NCBI GenBank assembly: GCA_965655095.1
Contig: OZ296649.1
Span: 117,428,001-117,492,000 of the forward strand
Direction: 5' to 3'
From: Haplodiscus bocki
Lineage: Eukaryota
DNA length: 64,000 nucleotides
The translations under genes and the position numbers were made by a program. The notes beneath the pieces were generated by a model that saw nothing but the letters and a program-made list of their open reading frames with translations, searched no databases and was not told where the DNA came from. This document shows positions 55,950-64,000 of this stretch, one piece after another. The number at the start of each line of letters is the position of its first letter. Positions within the stretch are counted from its first letter, which is position 1.

Positions 55950-57280
55950 TTTTATATCGCAAACAAGAACAACGAAATGCTATCAACGCAATCATTTATC
56001 GACCAAAAATTTCCATTGAAACATTCGCGGAAAATGGAGATTCCTGAACTTCTCAACAAATGACGGAAAATTATGGACCACTGAATTTACCTTTCGTTAC
56101 GTTAACAGTGCTTTCGAAAAATAAAATCTATTATCTGGTTTCCATTCGAATATCGGCCACTATCGAATAGTTTCAGATTAACTAAAATCTCGGAGATAGC
56201 CGTGATTGCCTCTAACCCGAAATGATCTATGTGATTGGTGCGACATCCATTCATCACGCTCTACCCGAAGAACGGTGAAGCGGAACTGGTCCAATTAGCA
56301 GATCAACTACGAAACCAAGACGGAGTATAGGTAGATGCGAAGGAACTACAAGGAACAAAACGAGATTGAGAAGAGTTAAAAGGGAACTGTTAATTTCATC
56401 TTCCAAATCAATCGAAGACATTGAAAGGACGGCATCATTTTAGAATAAGAGCTCTTCGAAAAGAGCCCGGACACAAACGCCTAATCGAGCCTGACTAGGC
56501 CACAAAAACATCGTGCAGACGAATGCGCAGAGTCTTGTCAACTATGAACGTCGTTTCAAACCAGCAAATGCAATCAAAGTTCGGAAATGCCACATAGAGT
56601 GTATCAGCGAAACATGGTCGAATGGATATAAAAGTGACAATGAACTCAAATTGGACGACTCCAACAACTACAGGAAAGACCGGACATCAAAAGCTGACGA
56701 TAAACACGTTGAAGTATTGATTGCAATCAAAATTACCGAGAGCCCTCGTGAAAAAAAAATGAAATAGAACGAAGTCTAACGTGTAAGGCCATCATCGGAT
56801 TCATCATCCGAAAATAGCTTCCCTACAACACACCGGAAAACAGCCCTTTAGGTGTGATGACAGATTTACAGAAGTTCTAGAAACCATACCACAGAACAGA
56901 ATAGCCATACTTTGCGGAGACTTCAATTTTCCGTCTATTTGTTGGGACAGTTCAAACAGCAATGAAGAGTATGAAAAAAGTCATGGATTTGTTTGAGAAC
57001 CGATTTTTCCGACAAACAATTAATTCAACAACAACATGGAGAAACTTGCGCGATGTCGCACTACCCCAGAAAAGTACACCATACGTTACCAAAGCTCTTG
57101 ACTCCGTGTCAATTTATGATTGCTCTCATCATTTTTGCGTCGTAACCTGTCCAGACAACGTACCCTGACAATTTTCCGACAAGTTTTGGCTCAGGGGGCT
57201 ACAATGGAATTTTGCAAAGTATCAAAAAGAGCCGTTTGAACCAGTAGTTCACACAAACATCAAAAAACTATATAACCAGA
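55950..57280 (+). mobile_element. Degenerate CR1/L2/Jockey-group LINE, 5' part (ORF1 remnant + APE endonuclease)
   Basis: QTNAQSL, CISETW, YRKDR in 56513-56767; CGDFNFPSICWD near 56915; many frameshifts. Confidence 0.75.
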
Positions 57281-60200
57281 CCAAGAATGACAGCGCGGCA
57301 TGGCAAGTAGGGCTTTATTATCGACGAAAGGCGGGCGGCCCCGCCCGCCTACAGTCAGGTGGGCGTGGTCCAACTGGTATTGGGGCCCGTTCGACCTCGC
57401 ACTCGCTCCGCTACGCTGCGCTCCGCTCCGACTGAGTGCGATGACTTATGGAGGCCCGCTAGTCTGTCGACTGTACTTGTAGGTTGACGCAACTAAGAAT
57501 TGGTTTGATGTGACATCGAAATATAGCTTTATCAATGCGCTCTGCTAACTCCCAATAATGTGTATCATGAGACAGTTGCAGGTGCCAATAGAGACATTTG
57601 TAATTGGATACGGTAGAAAACTATCTCAGTTCAACTTTCCTTTTGATAGAAGAAATTGGAAAAATGACAATGAAGAGGGAGTCTGACCCGCAGATTTGGT
57701 CACCCGAGGTGACCAAATCTGCGGAAATTTTTCCAGCCGATGGAATATTACCGCCACAAAGCAGACACGATACTTGGCTGCTGAAATACCCATGATTTTG
57801 TTGCCAGTTTTTCGTCCCAAATTTATTAGCGTGAAAATGGTCAGAGGCTCGAGGTATAGATAAAAATATCTCAAAAACCTCGGTCTTCAAAGAAGTTTCA
57901 GCTGTGGATTCCTTTTAGGCAGGGTTCCACTATGAAATGCTGGATATCCCAAGGTTTTTCACTCTGAGTGCAAGGTTTTTCAACTCGATCTAGTACTCGC
58001 TTTGAAAAGAAAAATCTCATTTTTTTCACTTCAGTTTTAATGCGAAAATGTTGTTTAAGAAAGCAGTAAATGTTCAGTTCCCATCATTAGTTTGAGCCCA
58101 GGGAACACCTCTTTAGGACACTAAGTAAGGGGATAAAAGTTAAAACGTAGCAAGTTTCGACATTGTTTTGAAAGGAGAAACAAATCGACGGAAGCTTAAG
58201 TTGTGTATCATGAAATCCAATTGTTTGCGAAAATGGAGAGCAAAATCATTTCTAAAACCTCCAAAAATCTCTCGTACTATATCTGATTTGGCCGCAGCGC
58301 ATACTTAGTTATCTGAATTGTCGCTCAATTGTTGCTAGATCAGTTTAAGCCACCGCCTGTGGTTGTGATTGGAATGATTGTTGACAAACCAACAACTGGG
58401 CGCGGTCAAGTTGGAGGAACATCATGTTAATATGTGAAGTAGTCACCATTTTGGCATTTCCGGAAATAGCAGGCACCAGAGTATCATGTTAGGCTGTTGA
58501 AGCAATGATAACCTTATACAATTTTAAATGTGCATTTTGGAGTCCAAATCCAACTTTTTTTAAAACTTTGATCATTTTAAAAGTTTCAAATGTATAGAGC
58601 ACAAAACATTTCATGATAAACGACAAAAAAAGTAAAAAAACACCACTTTTCTATAGCAACATGCTCTTTGTGGTACTCTTGTATGTCTGCAGACCGTTCT
58701 ATCCAAAAAAACTTGAAACTTTCATGAAAGGAAGACGCAAAAATAAAAATTCGGTCCAAGTATAACTGAACGATGTCAATAAACAAAGAACTTTTTCAAT
58801 TTCCAGGCAAAAAAAGACCCCGGATTTCATGCCAAATGGATTCGCCGGGACTGTATTCGGCCAGGGGTTACCCCCTGTGAAGGTCAAAAAGAAAAAAAAT
58901 AGGCGAAATTGGCAGAGACAAAAAAATGATTTCTTGATTGTCGCCAGAAAATTGGTCATATCTCGCTCAATGTTTTTCACAAAAACACCAAATATACCTC
59001 AACAAACGCCCAACGAAGTGCTGAACAAAACATGTCTCCTGTCGCGAGGCGCTACGAGCAACCCATTTTGAAATATTTGCCGTCAAAGTCAAAAAATTCC
59101 CATTTTTGCCCATCTGGGACCGAAATTTGCAATTTTGGTCAACAAAGTCGTCGATTTGGACAAAATGTCAGCAGGACAAAGTTCTTACAATATGTTCAGG
59201 AGGCCGTGTGCCAATTTTCAGCAAAATCTGTTGGAAACTTTTCAAATTCGTCTGAATTTACCCCCCAACTGCCTAGTTATAAATGCTCCGCCGTTTTTTC
59301 TATAACGCTCGCACAAGGGGCCCTTCCCTAGGGGCAGAGTGGCGCGCGTAATGGACCGCGCGCACACACCCACACACACACACCTACCGGTATGGCCGTT
59401 GCGCTCAGGAGAGACAGCATCGCAATCTGGCGAGTGCGCAATGGTCTCAAATGTTGACAGGTAATGGGCTCGAACGTTGAATCAAATTCATTGCGTTGCC
59501 TACAAGGAACACTGTTGCTAACGACAGAAAACTAGCGTTTTGAGTAATTTGGGACGGCTATGGAGCAACTTCGTTGATTTTTCAGCTCTTGAACGCGGCG
59601 GGGATGTGCTTGTCTGGGGAAAATGTTTTTTGGATGGATTGTTTCAGATAGCCCGAAGGGCCATCTGAAACAATCTTAAATGCATTTTGAACACAAGTTA
59701 TTGCACTAAGTATTGATGAAATTGATAGGAATGGAAGTTGTTGAGACTCCTCTTTGCGGAAAACAGAGGGAAAGTACTCTTGTGTATGTGAAAATTGGTT
59801 CTGGAAAACATATATCGGACATTTTTTACTCTCACATGTTACATCACTTAGAAAAATCGTATCAATGACATCGGTTTAATTGTCTGTTATCTCTACTAGT
59901 GCCTCAGCTACCGGTAACCTGCAGTACTTGTCTGAGAATAGAAGATTTCTTAAGTTTTTTTCGTGAAAAATCTCTAAAACACTTCGGTCATTGTTTAAAA
60001 CTAGCATGGAAATCAGCAAAAAAGAACTTTTTAAAACATGATCGAATCCAAAAAGATGTGCAAACGAACCAAATGGTTTTGTTGGGACGTAGATTGGCAA
60101 AGGATTGCCCTCTGTGACGGTTAGTTTGAATATTTTGACCAAAAAATTCAGAGAAAATCAACAATTCTAGGATTTTGTCCAAAAAAGTTTCAATTTTTGT

Positions 60201-62240
60201 CACAACTGTTTCACATGGAAAGTTTTAAAACGGCTCTGCAGACGCACCATTACATGTGCAACAACTTTGCTTCCACAAAAAGAGCGCTAAATTTCGTTCA
60301 TTTTAGTGGAAATGAGCCGAGAATGGCCAAAAGTGCCCAAAATTGACGAATCTGCCCATACGGAAACGGTAACTCAACAATTCCTGATAAAGTTACACAG
60401 TTCACACTACAATTGCTCAACGTATCAATACCCGTTCTACAAAAGTGCCCTGCTGACACTTACCACAAAAACCAATCGTTCAAAAGATATAGCCGATTTT
60501 CCTCAAAAAATGTGATTTTTCGGTGTTTTCGAACCCGTTTTTCGCGAATATCTCCACACGGACAAAAATCCAGGAAAAGTGACCTGCTACAAAACCTCAT
60601 CATTTATCGATATGGAGCCGCATGCAAATTTTTAGGAAAATCGTACGGAAAGTTTTTGAAATATCCCATTTTTGGGGGGTATTTTGTATACGTATTTTCC
60701 GGTGCCGCTCCGGGTCCCTCCCCGTCGCTAAAAGTCGATTTACTACGCGAAAAAGCTAACGCCCACCTAGAAGAAGAGAGAGTGTGGCTTTAGGTACTGG
60801 GCGATATTTTCGACGAAAGGCGGGCGGCCCCGCCCGCCTACGGTCGGCGAGCGTGGTCCAAAGTTGTTTCATACTTGATGGTTTTTTGATATGTTTTCCG
60901 ATATTGATCAGGGTTAAGGCGTCGCCTGAAAAACAAAACCGTTCTAAATTACGGTAAGCTGGTCAAAACTATGTTGGGGCTGTTGCGGAACAGCTTATTT
61001 GACTTGAAGCTCTAGCGTGTCGACGTTGTGCGTTGTTGGAAAACTGTTCTTTGGATAGATTGTTTCAGATGGCCCGAAGGGCCCGCTGAAACAATCAAAA
61101 ATGCACTTAGTACAAAAAAAGGTTAAGAAGCACTCAGTTTTGTTCAGGAGAGGCCTCGCTGGGTTAATTAGCAAAGAGAGTTGGTTAAAATGCGAAAGAA
61201 AATTGAGGTAAATTTTTGGAAAAATCTGAAAATGTCTCGCGAACGACTGAAAAAACGTCATAAGTCAATGTTACGTTAAGATACACACACGTTCTAGAGC
61301 GCATATATTCTCCCTAATTGAGCTCTTTTCATGTAAATTCACTTGCCCGGACAGTTGTGTAGACGAAACTCTGCTTTTGCTGACCAAATATGAAGTCAAA
61401 ATTTGATAGTTTTTCGTCGATAATCTAAGTAAAATTACTTTTGAACCGGGAATTTCAGGAAACTGAAAACGCGGCAAACGTGCCAAATGGATTCGTTGGG
61501 ACATAAAACGGCCAGGGGTTGCCCCCTGTGAAGGTCATTTTGAAATTTATGGCCGAAAATGGCAGAGACAATTGACAGGTTTTAGAGTTCGTCCTGAAAA
61601 AAACATCATTTTTTCTCAAAAACTTGTAGTAAAAACCTGTAAAACACCTCTGTGCACGTCAAAAGACACGGGCAACAATTTCGTGCTCCTGAATAGGAGC
61701 GCTAAACCTATTCCTTCTTCGTGAAATTGAGCCTAACATGGCAAAAAAAGCTCCAAAGTTGAAAATGGGGTCTTGCGGAAACGCCAAGTGCTCAGTTCCG
61801 GTTGGAGCTAGGCCAATCAAAATGCACCTATCCAACGTACCCAAGGGCGGTCTACAAAAGTGCCGTCCGGATCTGGGCCGCTAGCACCAACCGTTCAAAA
61901 GATATCGCCGATTTTCCTCAAAATTGCCGTTTTTTTGGGGTCAAAAAAAGGCGTTTTTTGCATCTATCTCCACACCCAGTCCAGTTAGGGAAAAGTTGCC
62001 TCCTACACTTTTTCATTACTAGCCAATATAGGGACGCATGCAAAGTTTCAGGAAAATCGTAAGGAAATTCTTCGAGATCATAAAATTTTGCGAAATTTCC
62101 GGTAGTATATACCCATACAAAGGCTAAAGGCTCGGAGTGGGCCCCTTCCCCCTCCTCCAATGCCAAAATCCTCTCAAAAAGAGACGGCCACCTAGCTCGC
62201 GACATTATTTTTTTGGTAAAGCCCGACCCAACGAGGCTAA
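57280..62240. repeat. Cluster of related non-autonomous repeats (Helitron/Helentron-like) nested in the LINE
   Basis: Shared blocks: TCGACGAAAGGCGGGCGGCCCCGCCCGCCTAC hairpin (57321, 60810); GATTGTTTCAGAT-GCCCGAAGGGC-CTGAAACAATC hairpin (59637, 61058); GGCCAGGGGTT.CCCCCTGTGAAGGTCA (58859, 61509, degenerate near 60095); CGTTCAAAAGATAT.GCCGATTTTCCTCAAAA (60477, 61892). The family assignment is inferred. Confidence 0.55.
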
Positions 62241-64000
62241 CCACAAAAATTGATAGAAAAATATGTGCCTCTCAGAACAAAACTTCGACAAGCAGTAAAG
62301 CACTACCATCTCGCATCAGATGTTCAACTTCACAAAAGATGAAAAAATAGCAACGGAAAGCTTTTTGCTCCAGAGCGAACCAACTACAGAAAGTGAAAAG
62401 CGATAAAGCTTGAAAACACTGTAACACGCAGTTTTGGAGAGGAGTACCAGAACAAAAAGATTGGCTGCCGAAATACGGATCCCAAGCTCAAACGCCTCTA
62501 GAAGCCTAAAGAAAGCTGAATTTTCCCAATCATTAATGTCTTGCACTTTGTGTCTTGATGGCGTAACAGAATCGCCAAAAACCGGTATTTTTAACCAGCC
62601 TTACAGATTTTTCAATTCAATTTCTCCATCAAAAAGACATATGAACAGGAAGACATCAAAGTAAACAGTCATGCTCAGCTGACGAATTCCAGTTTATCCA
62701 GAAAGAGAATTCTAGAAATTATTACGAGTTTTGACGTCTTCAAGAACAAAGGCGTAGCTGGAAACCCGCTTGGTTTCTTTTTCAAAACGTGAAACAAAAC
62801 TTGTGACAATCATAACGCTTTTTTCCAGGCAATAAAGAGAACGAAGCAACTACGTTTTTTTCGCAGAAGCGCCTTGTCACACCTATATGCAATAAAAGAG
62901 ACGTGTTGAAATTTTGTGGGATTTCTCTAATGAATATTGATTGCCAAAAATTTGAAAAGTGCATTTATGATCCACTATATCAACATTTTGGATCCAAATG
63001 ATCAAAATCAACACGGTTTCGATAAGAAAAGATCTTTAGTTAATGGCATTCTACGCTTTTTCAAAACCTCCACAGAGTAATAGACAATGACTAAAATGAA
63101 TCTTTAGTAGTATCTAATGCAGACTTCTCTAAAGCTTTTGATCGCGTACTCCATAAACTGTTCACACAAAAACTTGACAAAATTGGAGTAGACAGCGTCT
63201 TTTTGGGCACTCTCTTTGACTACTCGGAGCTACGCAAGAGTGTGTTCGGTTGAAAAACCAGTGTCCAAAAGGATGGCGAGTAACAAGTGGTGTATCCCAT
63301 GGATCATTGTTGTGGCCGCTTCTCTTCTGTAATTTTATATACAGTTTAGCCGAGATCATGAAACTCAGTGAAGCATATTTAACTACCGATAACTTGAGAA
63401 ATCTCATGAAGATAATTGAGCGTAAAAGCTACAGTTTGTTATATCAGGAATGTGAAAACGGGTCAGTAGAAACAAATTCAACCTAGCAACTGACAAATGT
63501 GCACAGTTGATTTTCATATGTGTATCAGAAGTAAGGATCTTGAACAATCAATCTTTCAGAACACTCACAACGAGATAAAGTCTAGATGTTCTCGTAAGTA
63601 GTCTTTTATCTTGTTCTAGTCACATCATGAACGCCTCTGCAAAGCTAGCAAAACCATATACTGCTCTTACGGCGCAACGTTGAGCATCGTGTGAAAAAAA
63701 TTCCTTAAACTGGAGTTTTACGAGTCCAAAATCCTGCCAATTGTCAGTTTTGGCCGGACTTGTTCACATCTGACAACTAAAAATTTCCGAGATCTAGACG
63801 TTTTCCAAAAGAAAACACTGCAAAGTGTTTGTGGCACCCAAAACTAAGATAAAATTTACAACGTACAGCTGTTGCTTCTAAATATTGTGCCGTTTCCAGT
63901 TTATCTGGAAATAAATACATTCCTTTTTCTACCTAATTTGTGTGAAGGAAGGGAACATCCCAAAACTGAGCTACCGATTCTAAAGAGACGGGAAACAGGA
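62240..64000 (+). mobile_element. Degenerate CR1/L2/Jockey-group LINE, 3' part (RT), continuing past the window end
   Basis: KLIEKYVPLRT at 62247; DFSKAFDRV near 63122; VTSGVSHGSLLWPLLF near 63280. Confidence 0.75.

Overview
AT-rich, intron-containing, transposon-dense eukaryotic DNA, most likely from an invertebrate animal; it is not prokaryotic. Manual splice-site and phase reconstruction gives five intact multi-exon genes, all on the minus strand and head-to-tail: WDPCP/Fritz (54465-40851, 4 exons, ~715 aa), TRAPPC1/BET5 (40041-30814, 3 exons, 143 aa), a NANP/HDHD4-like HAD phosphatase (29642-28171, 3 exons, 256 aa), ZFR (26241-7183, 13 exons, ~870 aa) and an unrecognised ~483-488 aa gene (5448/5433-1955, 4 exons). 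Stop-to-start gaps are only 0.8-1.9 kb while introns reach 11 kb, and each start codon has a 3' splice-acceptor-like site shortly upstream. This suggests, but does not prove, a trans-spliced operon. Introns and flanks hold many transposon relics: a 4 x ~1891 bp near-identical tandem array of a dead Penelope-like retroelement with a minimal hammerhead-like motif downstream, a 5'-truncated L1/Tx1-like LINE, a CR1/Jockey-group LINE split by ~5 kb of nested Helitron/Helentron-like repeats, hAT, MULE-like and Tc1/mariner-like non-autonomous elements, and small Helitrons. Several unexplained multi-hairpin segments (4784-4858, 26421-26542, 34518-34710) are candidate structured RNAs. All folds and alignments were done by eye.
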